Source of the DNA: Epithemia pelagica
Lineage: Eukaryota > Protista > Bacillariophyta
Reading direction: 5' to 3'
Assembly (NCBI GenBank): GCA_946965045.2
Contig: OX337237.1
Coordinates: 2,852,001-2,916,000, forward strand
Length of the DNA: 64,000 bases
Positions 46,301 to 58,748 of the stretch are shown here, piece after piece; within the stretch, counting starts at the first letter, position 1; every line of letters begins with the position of its first letter. A program made the translations under genes and the position numbers. The notes beneath the pieces were generated by a model. The model was given only the letters and a program-made list of their open reading frames with translations. It was not told the DNA's origin and did no database searches.

Positions 46301-49034
46301 TTGCCTTGAGTATGTCTGTGACTTATTGAACCATACGTCATCACCCACCCACTCCGGTCGCACTCCTCTTGAGGCTCTCTCCGGCCGCCCACCCGACATT
46401 ACTCATCTCTTGTTCTTTCCTTTCTGGGATGAGGTTTACTACCGTGTCGACCCCGCTGAACCCAATTCTGGTTCATATCCATCTTCTTCTGATGAGAAAC
46501 TTGGCCACTGGGTTGGTTTTGCTCACAACGTTGGTGATTCTTTTACTTGGAAGATTCTCACCCAGGATAACCAGATAATCTACCGTTCTGCCGTTCGCCG
46601 TGTTGAATCCACTACACCTAACCTACGTGTGGATCGACCTTCAGGGGAGGATTCGTCTGAGAAGGATGACAATGATAAGCAAGCTGACACTGTCTTCATT
46701 CGCAGTGATAGTGAAGATCCATCCAAACCAATGCCCACGATCGATTTTGACGACATGATAGGACGCACATTCCTATGCGACACAGAAGAAAATGGGGAGC
46801 GACACCGTGCACGTGTCATCAAACGAGTCATTGATCTTAATGAAGAAGCAACGAAACAGGAAGAACGTGTCAAGTACATCTACCGAAAGACAAATTCTGA
46901 TGTTGATGAGATGATATCCTATAATCAACTCATGGAGTATATCGAACGAGATAACCAAGCTCAAACCTCTGGAGATAATCTTTTCAGGTTCAGGGAAGTC
47001 ATTGCCCATCAAGGCCCACTGAACACAACTGATCCAGATTACAAGGGGAGCAAATATAATTTGCTTGTTGATTGGGAAACTGGGGAGACTACCTATGAAC
47101 CTTTATCACTCATCGCCAATGATGATCCGATCACTGTAGCAATTTATGGAAAGAAACATGATTTACTCAACGAACCTGGATGGAAGCATTTGAAACGTTA
47201 TGTCAAAACAAGCAAACGTCTCATTCGAGCAGCCAAACAGTCAAGGATTAAACAAGTTCACCATTCTGTCAAGTATAAGTTTGGATTCCAAGTACCACGC
47301 AATTATGAGGAAGCTGTCGCTCTTGATAAACAACATGGCAACACAAAGTGGCAAGATGCAACAGAATTAGAATTGTCACAGATCCAGTCCTACAAGACAT
47401 TCAAGGATTTTGGGAAAGCCATCTTCATTAAAGGGAAAGTATCCAATGCACCTGAAGGATATCATAAGATACGTGTACATCTTGTCTTTGACGTAAAACA
47501 TGATGGACGACATAAAGCAAGACTTGTCGCAGATGGACATCTCACAAAAGAACCTGTTGAGACAATCTATTCAGGTGTTGTTTCCATTCGCAACCTCCGC
47601 ATTGCCTTATTCCTGGGTACTTTGAATGACTTGGAAATATGGGGAGCAGATATTGGAAACGCATATCTGGAAGCCTTGACAGGGGAGAAAATTTTCATTG
47701 TCGCAGGACCTGAATTCAAGGAATTAGAAGGTCACATCCTGATTATATACAAGGCACTTTATGGATTGAAGTCATCAGGCGCACGCTGGCATGATGTCTT
47801 ATTCGATGTTTTGACAGACATGGGATTTTCACCAAGCAAAGCAGATCCGGATATCTGGATGAGGAAGGCACCTGGAGAAGACTGTTACGAATACATTGCC
47901 GTATACGTTGATGACTTAGCCATTATTTCTACTGATCCTGGGAATATCTGCAAGATCCTGAAGGAGAAATACAACTTCAAACTCAAAGGAGATGGACCTA
48001 TTGATTTTCACTTGGGATGTTGTTACACCAAGGATTCTGATGGAACATTAGTAGCAGATCCAAGACGCTACATTGGTAAGATGATGGACACTTTCGAACG
48101 AATCTTCAAGGAGAAACCCAAGAAAGCCAAAACACCTCTTATTGGTGGAGACCATCCTGAATTGGATGATTCTGAGCTCCTTGATGAAGAAGGTACTAGC
48201 CATTTCCAAACTCTGATTGGACAACTCCAATGGGTGATCACCATTGGTCGTTTCGACGTCTTCACCGCTACAATGACGCTATCACGCTTTCGTGCTGCTC
48301 CGAGGAAAGGACATCTTGATAGAGCCAAGCGTATCTATGGATACCTTGCACATCTCCCAGAAGGCGCAATCAGATTTAGGATTGGAGAGCCTGATTATTC
48401 AAGTCTTCCTACCCAAGAATTTGATTGGACTCGCACTGTCTATTCGAATGCAAGTGAACGTATTCCTGAAGATTGCCCAACACCTCTTGGCCGCTATGTT
48501 ACCACAACTCATTATGTTGATGCCAATCTCATGCATGACATAGTCACTGGTAAATCCGTCACTGCTGTTCTACATTTGTTGAACGGAACACCTATTGACT
48601 GGTACAGCAAGAGACAGAGCACGGTGGAAACTGCTACCTATGGATCCGAGTTTGTGGCTGCAAGGACAGCAATAGATCAGATTACAGAATTACGACATTC
48701 TCTCCGCTACCTTGGAGTACCTATCCGAGAGCAAAGTTACATGTACGGAGATAACAGATCTGTTGTGCTCAATGCAACCGTTCCTCATTCCATACTATCC
48801 AAGAGACACCATCTTCTGTCATACCACCGAGTTCGTGAAGCCATCGCAGCAAAGTATGTTGCATTCTACTGGAAAGATGGAAAGACCAACCCTGCCGATA
48901 TCCTTAGCAAACATTGGGATTTCGTATCTATTTGGCCCATGCTCAAGCCATTGTTGTTTTGGAAAGGAGAAGTTCAAGACCTCAACAAATCCAATGATGA
49001 CAAGGCTGAAACGACGAGTTGTGGGGAGTGTTAG
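43347..49034 (+). CDS. Copia Gag-Pol polyprotein, 1895 aa
   Basis: Protease IDRGANGGL; integrase SDTPAVD...LISDGG...SEPYHQHQNKAENRYQT; RT WGADIGNAYL, LYGLKSSG, YVDDL; RNase H YVDANL, ATYGSEFVAAR, GDNRSV, NPADILSK. Confidence 0.97.
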   Translation: MDPQSPKTPTTPKGEDNQDNVSDTDLFDHIIFTVCQFFTKERADYLMKWMKYHGFENITHVISYMQTNTEESMKELTQYKVNKQTHDLQGPTRQQIKLLAYWATYKTNEIQDELSNSDWMNLTRKEFNTWRINTDFSKGPPSQVPVSPMKSPSSVKSVSTVTAASQSQQDLTAFRKGTKRDATAYEVFKDERYYDSFWRVFKTTAKAQGLSNVLNFKYTPPHDDEYAEELFQEQQVFLYSVLVRIIQTDQGRAYVREHEHDEDARAVLQKLHSLHTESDLAKREVLRLTNYISNLRLDDTWRGTTRQFLLHFQEQLRLLDNLVTLSDRIPDHTRMTFLMQAVEKVPDLRRVKILDNVVNTKSGAKSLCYQSYFRLLLDAAYDHDQATQSSVHSRRRHVKQHESLYGQDTDADITSQDDMEYHVHNTKATSESPSSSSKVSLPRDLWFKLSEEDRKLIIEYNKMIQAPSSTTPRKVQTHALDIDPEPDPDPNQVASDDDSPGVVPEHSDDSDPVTQFINQAMTTDINHPATDLTSVLSNAKSKTSKKVTFKANMHKQAGHVPRYLFSRKSTLPGNQLIDRGANGGLAGSDMRILSKTGRHITIVGIDNHELTGLPVVTCAAKFETNDGPIVGIFNEYAYYGKGLSIHAPGQFEHFGLAVDERSVKVDGKQRITTLDGRAIPLHIKDGLAYVHSLGIPSDDDMDTLPQIIFTSPDTWDPGVLDHSYSPTPSDNDPDWKHVKTDGSMSNHPYDNYGEYTDRVVCNLNLLLDLPYDHGPDDAPFFSIYADAEGNDPTLHASVHRRYQEAYDWKKFRPFFGWQSEDVIADTFKHTTRNGSITFDHDTLKKHFKARNPVLNIPRRHEPVATDSVFSDTPAVDHGGKVAQIFVGRDTLVTDIYGIKSTKQFVNTLQDNIRFRGAMETLISDGGSSLISQKVKDILRTLLIGEYRSEPYHQHQNKAENRYQTVKRMTNALMNATGCPANTWLLCLEYVCDLLNHTSSPTHSGRTPLEALSGRPPDITHLLFFPFWDEVYYRVDPAEPNSGSYPSSSDEKLGHWVGFAHNVGDSFTWKILTQDNQIIYRSAVRRVESTTPNLRVDRPSGEDSSEKDDNDKQADTVFIRSDSEDPSKPMPTIDFDDMIGRTFLCDTEENGERHRARVIKRVIDLNEEATKQEERVKYIYRKTNSDVDEMISYNQLMEYIERDNQAQTSGDNLFRFREVIAHQGPLNTTDPDYKGSKYNLLVDWETGETTYEPLSLIANDDPITVAIYGKKHDLLNEPGWKHLKRYVKTSKRLIRAAKQSRIKQVHHSVKYKFGFQVPRNYEEAVALDKQHGNTKWQDATELELSQIQSYKTFKDFGKAIFIKGKVSNAPEGYHKIRVHLVFDVKHDGRHKARLVADGHLTKEPVETIYSGVVSIRNLRIALFLGTLNDLEIWGADIGNAYLEALTGEKIFIVAGPEFKELEGHILIIYKALYGLKSSGARWHDVLFDVLTDMGFSPSKADPDIWMRKAPGEDCYEYIAVYVDDLAIISTDPGNICKILKEKYNFKLKGDGPIDFHLGCCYTKDSDGTLVADPRRYIGKMMDTFERIFKEKPKKAKTPLIGGDHPELDDSELLDEEGTSHFQTLIGQLQWVITIGRFDVFTATMTLSRFRAAPRKGHLDRAKRIYGYLAHLPEGAIRFRIGEPDYSSLPTQEFDWTRTVYSNASERIPEDCPTPLGRYVTTTHYVDANLMHDIVTGKSVTAVLHLLNGTPIDWYSKRQSTVETATYGSEFVAARTAIDQITELRHSLRYLGVPIREQSYMYGDNRSVVLNATVPHSILSKRHHLLSYHRVREAIAAKYVAFYWKDGKTNPADILSKHWDFVSIWPMLKPLLFWKGEVQDLNKSNDDKAETTSCGEC

Positions 49035-49821
49035 AATTCTCACCGTCTATGGTGGTTAGATTCTACATCTCATCGATTCCCCACGTCACATAGCCTCGTG
49101 CTATCGCATCATGCCATCTAGCTTCGAGCTATGTTCCCTAGCTTCGCGCTATATCGACCTATATTTCTTCGCAAATCATGAAAAGTGAGAATAGATTGAC
49201 GAACTCACTCTCAAGACTAAACTGGGTCGTGCGGTATTACAACGGACATAAATTTGGCCGTTGCTCGGACATTATACTAACGCCCTAAGCGTACGCGCCC
49301 GAAATCATCGAGCGCGCCCAAGCGACATCCGAGCGCTATCGGCATCTATCCGATCCAACGGTCTAAGTATCCCAAGCACGACACACGATCACGCGAGACC
49401 ATATTTCCATTCCCACAATCTCCAAATTGTCAACAAGCTGCGCGCCATGAAAACAACTATGCCAACCCAAAGCAAGAGCTGTTGACCCTGTATATGTTAT
49501 CCGCCCACATATACATGTCATATACATCACATGAATCGACTCCAACTATTCCAAACCTGTTGCCGCCAAGAACATATGACACATGACCCTTGGCAGGACC
49601 GAACATTTCACGTAGACCTATCGTAGTAATCAACACACAATCTAACAATATCACCATTTATCACATCCTCTTTTGTGTCCCGACTATCCTTCTGATAGAC
49701 TTCGACTTGCTTGCTTCTCTGACCCTGAGAAGCTTGTATCGGTTGGTGACCTACCTGATTGTCTGCTCTACCGAGCATCAATGTCCCTACGATTCAGAAA
49801 GAATTGTAACAAAACAAGAGA

Positions 49822-52645
49822 ATGACCAAGACAAACCCACAAATGACCCTGCCAGACAGCCGATCAACAACAACAGGCCATCGACACGAAACCAACAACA
49901 AAGAACAAATACACGTCGACACCTCCACCGTCGACGTTCCACTCCCCCGCTCAGGCACACACCCGCCACCAACGACGAACCAAGAAACAACAACCAGGGC
50001 CACCGCCAAACAAATCGACGACATGGCCAGCAAGACACCAAGCACCAAGCACTCCATCTGCCCACCACCGACAAGAATGACCGGACAACTAGATCAAGCC
50101 CTTCAACGAGTCATCGCTCAGTTACAAATGACCCGGCCAACAAACCAACCGAAAGGACTCGGCCACAAAACCAGTGAAAACCGAGTTTTTTACCCCAAGC
50201 TCTCAGCCGAAGAATCAACCGACCAGCAAAACTACCACCAGCACCCGAAGATGCAAGTCCATTCGAAGCCCTCCTCCGGCCGCCGCCAGACCCGCTCCAA
50301 AAGCAACTTGACCGCCCTCGGTCCGCTCCCCCTCGTAGACACCAACCATCACAGCGCCACCGCCATCACCCCCGAGCGCCGCAACATCAACAAAGAAAAC
50401 AAAAAAAACAAACCAAAAAACCACCGAAGAACCCACCACTGACATCCACACCGAGAAAACAACAGTCACCACCACCTACACCAATGAGAAAAACACCAAA
50501 AACAACACCAACAACAACAACGACAAAACCACGGAGAAATCCAACACCAACAACAACCAAGACGGAAACGAACAAAACACTTACGGACACACGGAAGAGG
50601 AGACTCAGCCAACAACAAAGAACAAAACCAACCACGACGATACCACCACCACCGTCAACAACAAACCAGGCTCCAACAGCGACGCAGGCACCCCAACAGC
50701 CAAGAATCCATACCTCCATACCAAAACCGGAACAAAACGTCCCCCGTCGCCGGAACCAAAGACGCTGATTCACCTCCATGTGGCGGTGAACCACCACCAA
50801 AACCCCCAAATCGAGTCTACCCTTCCCAAACTCACGGAACAAGCCATGAAGACGCATCTCAACGAAGTCTTTTTTCATCATAGCAAACGGGAGGAACCCA
50901 TGTGGCTCCAGGTCCACTCCGTGGACTTTCTCGAGACCAAGCAATCTGGATCGCGCCAATTCAGGTCGGACAACCAGACTAGATCCACCAAAGGAAGCGG
51001 ACATACCTCCACCTTCCATGTCACCCTTTCCCCGGCTCCAGCAAACGACGTCTTTGACACCGAGATTTTTACAGAGCAAGGCCTACGTTTCGTTCTCCAA
51101 ATGTGGCACAAACACCACAACGACGATTTTGTGTACGACGAATTCGACTCACAAACCGTTCTCCGGCCAGGCACCAAACAATCCAATCCAACGATTAACC
51201 CCCGTTGGGACCAAATTAACGTGTACCAACCTGCATGCAACAACAGGACGAGCGACACCTTTGGCATTGTCGTCGGTGTGCCAGCTCAAACAATCAAACA
51301 TCGACGGGCGGCCCTGGATCTGACTGGCGACATCCAGAACACCCTAACCCCCCATCTACCCCGCAAACTGAACTACCTGGACTTCTTCAACCACGTGGGA
51401 TGCCGCTCAGGAACGTTCAGCGGGGAACTGAAAAACAAACAACGTGGCCAAGTCCCGGCCATTTACATCACGGCTTCGTCGCGAAACAACTTCGAAGCCC
51501 TGCTTTGAAGCTATAACGCCTATCAGGCAGCAAATCGAAACACCGAACTCAAGTGGAACCACAACAACATCCAAATCATCCCTATGCCAACAAGCCAAGC
51601 CAATCGGACGGTAACGTTAGAAGCATTGAAGGATATCGACCAATTTTTCGGGGCCTGCGTCCGGATCAAACTGAAACCAATAAACCAAGAAGCCACCGAG
51701 GGCGACTGGAAGCGACTACGACACCTACGAGAATTCGTGGCCGTCTTTCCCGAATTCAACAATGAGGACCCAGACACGCAGTATTACACACTATATTTGC
51801 GGAAGACGCCGGATACTCATTTGCTCACCACCAACACGATTAGACAACACCCAGACTTCCCGGAAAACATCTTGCTCCCCACCCTGGCAGCAGTAGCAGC
51901 GACACCGCCGAGACAACAAACCACCAACCAAGACCCGACAACTCCTTCCTCATCAAGTCACACAAACAAACTCCTGGCCTTTACAAACCGGCTGCTACGC
52001 CGAAAACACAACAATCTGGAAGACAACACGGATGAGACTGACGCCGACGTTCCAACAACACCAACAACCAAACCAAATGATCCCAATAGCCCACCGACCA
52101 ACAAACGTAGCGCCTCCGCTATGCAACCAACAGACGAAGAAGCAAGCGACCCTTACGACGACGGAACAGATTGGACGACAGTGGCAGCCCAAACAAACCA
52201 AAACCACTTCGCGGCCCAAACCTCCGAAAACGAAGACTCGAAACCTCCGGCCAAACGGAACCAATTCGCCGCACTAGCGGAACAAACCGAAGACTCACAA
52301 AACAATGACGACATGATGGACACTGAAGAATCAGACGACCACTCGCGGGCACTCATTGGTAGCGACGACAACCTAGACCCAGGAGAGGGCGACAACAAAT
52401 TCTCGGCAACAACCATGCAAGAAATCGAACTCATTTTCAAGTACGTTGCACACAACAACCCTTCCCGCATCGAGGAAATGCGACAATTTTTAGAAAGGAC
52501 AAAGTCATTTACGAATGACACAGACGCGCAAGATGCTTGGAGGTTTGCGCAGACTTTGGTACAGTCTGGCAACCCCAACATCGCCGACTCGCGCACCGGC
52601 CATGTGGTCCCGCATGAAGATAGGGCCAAAGGGCCACATGAGTAA
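49822..52645 (+). pseudogene. LINE ORF1 region, frameshifted
   Basis: Consecutive ORFs 49822..50442, 50484..50768, 50780..51508, 51584..52645; T/N/P-rich low complexity; its stop overlaps the ORF2 ATG at 52638. Confidence 0.55.
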
Positions 52646-55600
52646 TCCAACAACAAAACCACCCAAACACTGTCCCGTGCCAGACTGCCCGTGGAAAGTG
52701 CCCCCCATTAACAACCAACCCTCAAGCATCACTCAAACAACACCTCATCACCGAACACAATGAAACCCATCCATCTGATTACCTCACCCCAACCCTATGC
52801 ACCCAATACGGACTCCATCCATGTCCGACATGCGACACTCCCACTGCCATCTTCGCCACTGAAGGTCACATTAGAAAACACGTAACGAAAAAACATAGTA
52901 GGTCAAAGACGAACATCGACTTAGTCCTACATACCTACCGACATTCTACACCAGAAACAACTGCAAACTGGAAAAACAGCCTAGCTTATTTCCACAAACT
53001 ACAAATATCTCCACCGCCCTTCCGTCGGAGCCTCTGGCACAAGCTCAAGCCACCGCTCAGAACTGAATTCTATGCCACCTACAACAACGTGACCAATTGG
53101 ATACTTGAAGCCTCACCGCCGCTGGCGCCAACCATTCTGAAAGACGAACGGCCACCCGCCTATGACATCGATGCCACCCCATTTTGGAAACTGCTCATAC
53201 TCCTAGAGCCGTTGCTCCTTGCACCAATAAAGGGCACAGTGCACCTCACCCATTCGAACGCGTTCCGAGCAAGACTTTCGCTGCTGAAATCAGGCAGGAT
53301 TGAAGAACTCCATAACATGATATGGAACCCAACACCGTTACCAAACACAAAGATAACAAACAACAAAAAGAAGCGGCAAAACCAAAAAAACAAACAACAA
53401 CATCAGCCAACTGACACATTGCCTTCATGGCGGCTAGCCTCCGCACAACAACTGGCAGACTTAGGCAACTACCGAGCAGCAGTGAAAAGACTTACAACCA
53501 ACACACCACCTGCAACCTTGACACCAGCACGAATCGACAGATGCCAAAAAGAACTCTTCCCTGAAAGACGACAGCCACCGCCGGCGACAAGAGCGCACGG
53601 TCACACAAATATGCCTCCACCGGCAGCACAATACCTGAAACTACAAGATAAACTGTTTGAGTCAGCACTCCGACAAATGAAACCAGGCACGGCCTCAGGA
53701 CCGTTTGCCACATGCACAGACACTCTTGTGTCCATGGCATTATACAAAACCACAAGCGCACCTGACGCAACACGGCCATACTTTCACAACATAAAAGCCT
53801 TGATCCAGCTCGTGGTGACAGGACAAATACCAACCACAGTGCAACAAATCCTCGCAAGCAATTATTTCCTTGCCCTACACAAGGACATGGCAAACCTGGA
53901 ACGACTGCGATCGATCGGCATCGGCACAGCCATACGAAGAGTAGCGGCTAAAGCCGCTCTGGTGCATCTCACAGACGACATTCGCCCCCTCCTCTTGAAA
54001 GGAGGACAATACGGGATACAAGTACCCGGGGGGGTTGATTTTGTGGCCCAAACAACCGCAATGGCGGTTAAACAATACATTGACAAGACTCATGATCTGG
54101 AAAACAACACAACAGAAAACAACACAACCGAAAACAACCAGCCAAAAACACCTCCAAGCCGGGCTCTCGTCATGCTAGACCTGGTAAACATGTTCAACAA
54201 CGTCAGCCAAACCGAAGCAAGAAAGATTTTGTTAGAGAACGAAGCGACAACACAATTGGTCCCCCTTTTCGACCTACTAACCAAACATACCTGCAACCAA
54301 TGGTACTTTGATGACAACAAAGCGGCCAACTACCTCACACAAACTGAAGGGTTTCCACAAGGCTGCCCACTCAGCCCTCTCTTCTCATGCCTGGTATTAC
54401 TAGCACTGACTAACAAACTCAACAACGAGCAAGCAAAAAGAGCAAAACTCAGACTGCGCAACAACGACCCCAACGACGACGGAATGGGCGGCATCGGTCA
54501 CACCGCATCCATCATGGATGATACATCGGTATGCCTGCCACACTGTGACATACCTTGGTTTCTTCACCGCTTCGAAGAGCTTGGCAAACCCCTAGGAATT
54601 GTTTTAAACAAATCAAAAACAACCATCCTCACCTCCACTGAAGGACACTCCCCGTCCAACCTGGACGAAAAACAAACACACAGCCTCAATCAAGCACTAT
54701 CTTTTCTGTCGCCCGATGACCCCTCAAAAGCAGAAATAACAAGCGGCGTGAGATTCCTTGGTCAACCAATCGGATCCACTGCCTTTGCACGACAGTACAT
54801 CAACAAAACATTACAAGGCATGCAACACAAAATGAATTGCCTTCTCCAACTCGACGACCTCCAAACACAGCACAATCTCTTTAAATTCACGATGGTCTCA
54901 TCAATCCTGCATCTGCTACCAACCGATATCAACTTAGCATACAAGCAGACCAACCCAAGAACGACCCTCTGGTCCAGTCCAACAACAACACAGACAGAGC
55001 AACTGATAACAAATTTCCTGGCAAAACTCACCTCCCTACCAGAAAATGAAATCTCCACGTCCTCAGCACTCATCGCCACGATTCCACAACGACTGGGGGG
55101 ACTCGGATACCAACAGGCAACGGTGGCGGCCTATCCTCGTCTGCTGACACAAACAGCCCGGGCGATAGCTCTGGCAACATCAACCGACACTCCAATCCCA
55201 CTAGTTCACCAACGAGAACTGTCGAACTGGACAGGTAGTACCGACGAATATATGACAACCTTCCGTAAGACTTTGTCACTTTTCGCAAACGAATACGCAG
55301 AAGAGAGCTTATACGTACCAAAGAGGTATGATCACACAACACACAACCGCCTTCTGAACCACACTGTGCAAGAGCACACAATCTCAAAACTATTCACAGA
55401 AACCGACCCAAAGCAGCGAATCTTTTTGCCCGGCTTACTTTCGCCCCTTACGAGTATGGCTCTCTCTCTTCCACTAACCGCAACCAAATTCCGTTTCCAA
55501 AACAGTGTCTTCCGAACCGCTATCAAACGGAAATTGAGATTACCTTTGTTCGTCAGAGACCCCACACAATCCTGGCCCCAACGATGTCGCTGCTCAGCCA

Positions 55601-56540
55601 CAAAAGCGATCGATCCAATGGGTGACCATCTGTACTCATGCACCTCTGCTTCCAAAACACCTCTATCCAATGCCATAAGAGACACACTCTACGACATTCT
55701 CCGCCAAATCGCTCCAGCAGCCGAAGCCGTCGACACTCCCCATGATGTCCACATCGAACCCCCAGGTTTGACACCACAACACCAAAGAAACATTAGACCA
55801 GCAGACGTCGGTATGCTCCTGTCCAAGCCGCACAAAAACTCACCGTTTCAATATGTCGCGATTGACATTACTATCCCACCTCCCCAACAACCCCAAACCA
55901 TTCTTGACCCGTCCGACCACAACACACTCGCCACTTTGGCATCCAGGACGCATCAAGAAGCGGCAAGGGCTAAGTTTTGCCGAGACCCCGAGACATCAAA
56001 ACACCTTCTCCACAACGGCATATCCCTACTACCTTTTACGGTAGACCATCTTGGAGCGCTTGGTTCATTCGCAGACCGTCTCCTTTTTCCATCAACTTAT
56101 CAACCACATCTGTTCTCAACGACACAACCACCCCCTTGGACCAACGCCTTCTTCGGAAAAGAAAAAGAAGCAAAGCACATCCTGCGGCATACAGACTCTT
56201 TCAAGAAGCGTCAAACGCACCAAGCAACCTCCTTACCGCCGCCAACAGCAAAACAAAAAAATTCTCCTACCCAGAAGCACATATCTACTCAATCGGGCAC
56301 TATGCAAAAGCCTCCCTTGGTCACGCAATCGTTTCTGCACTGGCAACCCATGCCAATAACAACATCGCCGCAATAGGACAACACCAAACAAAACGAAAAA
56401 CAAGAACCACTCAGTTGCAAAATCTGGCTACACCATGTTTTGCTCCGGTCACTCCCATCTACTCCCCCGTCCCTCTGGCACAGTTCCTTAGTGTCACGGA
56501 CGAAACACCCCTCCTTTGCGAACCCTGTGCAACCGCTTAG
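52638..56540 (+). pseudogene. LINE ORF2: C2H2 fingers + reverse transcriptase + CCHC + restriction-like endonuclease, with frameshifts near both ends
   Basis: CPVPDC...LKQHLITEH and CPTC...HIRKHVTKKH; RT RSIGIG, GQYGI, LDLVNMFN, GFPQGCPLSP, MDD, RFLGQPIG; CRC...DHLYSC; RPADV...AIDITIP. Confidence 0.85.
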
Positions 56541-58748
56541 GAGTCCAATTGTTATAGACCGTAAAATAGTACCCCCAAGTGTCAGCAATAAAGAATAACA
56601 ACGATCTAAGTCACCTGTCAGGTCAAGATATCCAACGACAAATTGACCCAATGCTTGCTGTCCAAACTTTGACCAGCAGGATCAACAAGGATGGCATCGA
56701 ACGGCATCAATACCTGTAGTTCTTGTAGATGACACGATCATGGCTCATCCAACGATGGGCGGTTCCTTGCTTCAATATTTGGCGGCCACATACAGTGTTC
56801 AATAAAAGTCATGGCATCAATCGTGTTTGGGATTGTTGCTAATCGAAATTCATGGAGACATGAATAACAAATCAACACACGATGTTTCATCACTGTCGTC
56901 ATGGATGGATGTCGACGAATATAGACTCGTCCGCAGCAACAGCATGTCCAATTCACCTCGACTACGACCGTCCGAATCACACTCAAGGTCCACCATGACA
57001 AACGTCGTGAAGAATATGTCAGAGTACCCAACACTTGCAAGCACTGTTTCACATCACTGGCATGATGGCCTTGTTGTCTGTACAGACTCATCTCGAATTG
57101 AAATGCATCTGTCAATCATAAAATGACTTGAAACATCGACTGGAGATCGAAATGACGGGCTGGTGTTGTCTTTTATTAGTGATTATGATGCAGTGTCGAA
57201 TATACGGTGGACGGTGGCACGAAAATTGACAGATGCGTCATGGACATTACCAATTGTCGTCTGTCGAGAACTGGAGGAAAGAACTCTGGTCTCCCGTCTC
57301 GCTCATCTTGTATCGTGGTTTCCATTGACGGAGTTTCATCAACTGTGGGGTCACATTCGACCAAGGAAACAACACAAACCGTAGTCTTGTAGCAGTTTGC
57401 ACTTCCAAAAATGTGAGAAAGATCCCATGAGCCCGGAGGAGGCGACCTCGTCCTAAGATCATAGTTAGTATTGCCTCTACATCCGGGTAAAGCACTTTCT
57501 CTATTGCCCTGGCACCGGCGTGACACATCAATGCATACAAGCTAGTAGAAATACTGTACAGACAATTTTGTACATAAACAATCATAGTAACCATCTATGC
57601 CCCTTTGCCTATCGACCATGACGACAGCAAATTTTGGGAAACGCACGATGCCGTTCAAACCAAGAAGACCATGAGTCACCGCGCTTGGCGCTCACGTCGA
57701 GTGTCGAGTGCGGACCCGACCGATACACAAGCGGCCCCTGTTCCCCAAACTCCACCGGCGCAGCTGATTCCGCCATCGTTGCGGACACCGACGGCACCCA
57801 ATCGAATGCATCCCACCACGTCAATTGGAGGCATGATCATGATGGGTCTTGCCCCCCACCATCAAGTGACACCCGATATCCCCAAGACCATTGACAACTC
57901 GGACCTGGAACCACATCGCGACAGTGATGATAATCACACTCTCATGCAGCCAATTCCAAATACAAGACAAACGCCCGTGGTGGACAGTGATCAAGTGGAT
58001 GTCACCTTTGGATGTGGAAGCAACTTGTTGTCGACTGGATTCATATCACAAAGCACGGATCCTGTGGTGCGAGACTTGTTTCTTCCCTTTCCCCGAACCA
58101 GCAATGGTACCAATCACCAAACGATCAGCAGCAGAAGTGGTATTCTTCTTCCCAACCAGCCGAACAATCGACGAACGCAGTCTCATCCACAATCCACAAC
58201 TCCGATCCAAACCATCCACTCCTCAAACGACCATTTCAGGACGAGTTAATACGACACCAGGAAGTACGACCAGCACACTGGCGCCGGTCCTGCAGCCCAT
58301 TTCGTCCTTTTATTCCACCATCAACTTTCGTACCGGCCTGTCTGGACACAGTGGGTTGGCAGTCTCCTCTTTGAAAAAGAACAAGCCCCATTATTCTCCT
58401 CAAGCATCCAATCACCACCATGCAACCAACAGCAACAACCCACCGAGTGCTACTCCTAGAGTTTGGGGTTTTGATTGTGGTAGTTCGTGTTCCTGGTTGA
58501 TAGCGGATAATCATTCGTATATATAGTACTGTTCATTTTTGATGACTCCTTTCAAAACTGCCTGCATATCCTAGGCAGACTGTTTCATCTCCAATCTCCA
58601 GGCCAAGCATGTGTGCGAATCTCTACTAGGGATGTAAACGTAAGAGCTGATGTTATTAATCATTCTCATAGGTATTAGGTGGACCACATTGTGAAGAAGA
58701 GATCCTGGTTTGGGAAATTGGTTGTCATACAGTCATGTGCTGCGTTGA

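Larger units (their letters stand above)
41454..49811 (+). mobile_element. CoDi-type Ty1/copia LTR retrotransposon, copy 2 (apparently intact)
   Basis: 783-bp LTRs 41454..42236 and 49029..49811 (4 substitutions counted), TGTTAG...GTAACA ends; TSD AAACA at 41449-41453 and 49812-49816; PPT-like GTGGGGAG before the 3' LTR. Confidence 0.97.
41042..56624 (+). mobile_element. CRE-clade-like non-LTR retrotransposon (~7.2 kb without the nested copia)
   Basis: A/C-rich strand continuous across the copia TSD; ORF2 with two C2H2 fingers, RT, CCHC knuckle and restriction-like endonuclease; possible degenerate TSD AAGATATCAACGAC (41028-41041) / AAGATATCCAACGAC (56625-56639); ends uncertain. Confidence 0.75.

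Noticed and set aside
56610-56700. Minus-strand FDAILVDPAGQSL resembling a UPF1/IGHMBP2 helicase Walker B region
   Set aside because: Under 40 codons between stops, lacks the DE pair, no other helicase motifs nearby
57605-58526. ORFs 57605..58249 and 57891..58526 as genes
   Set aside because: Non-ATG or weak starts, low-complexity P/T/Q content, overlapping frames, no domain
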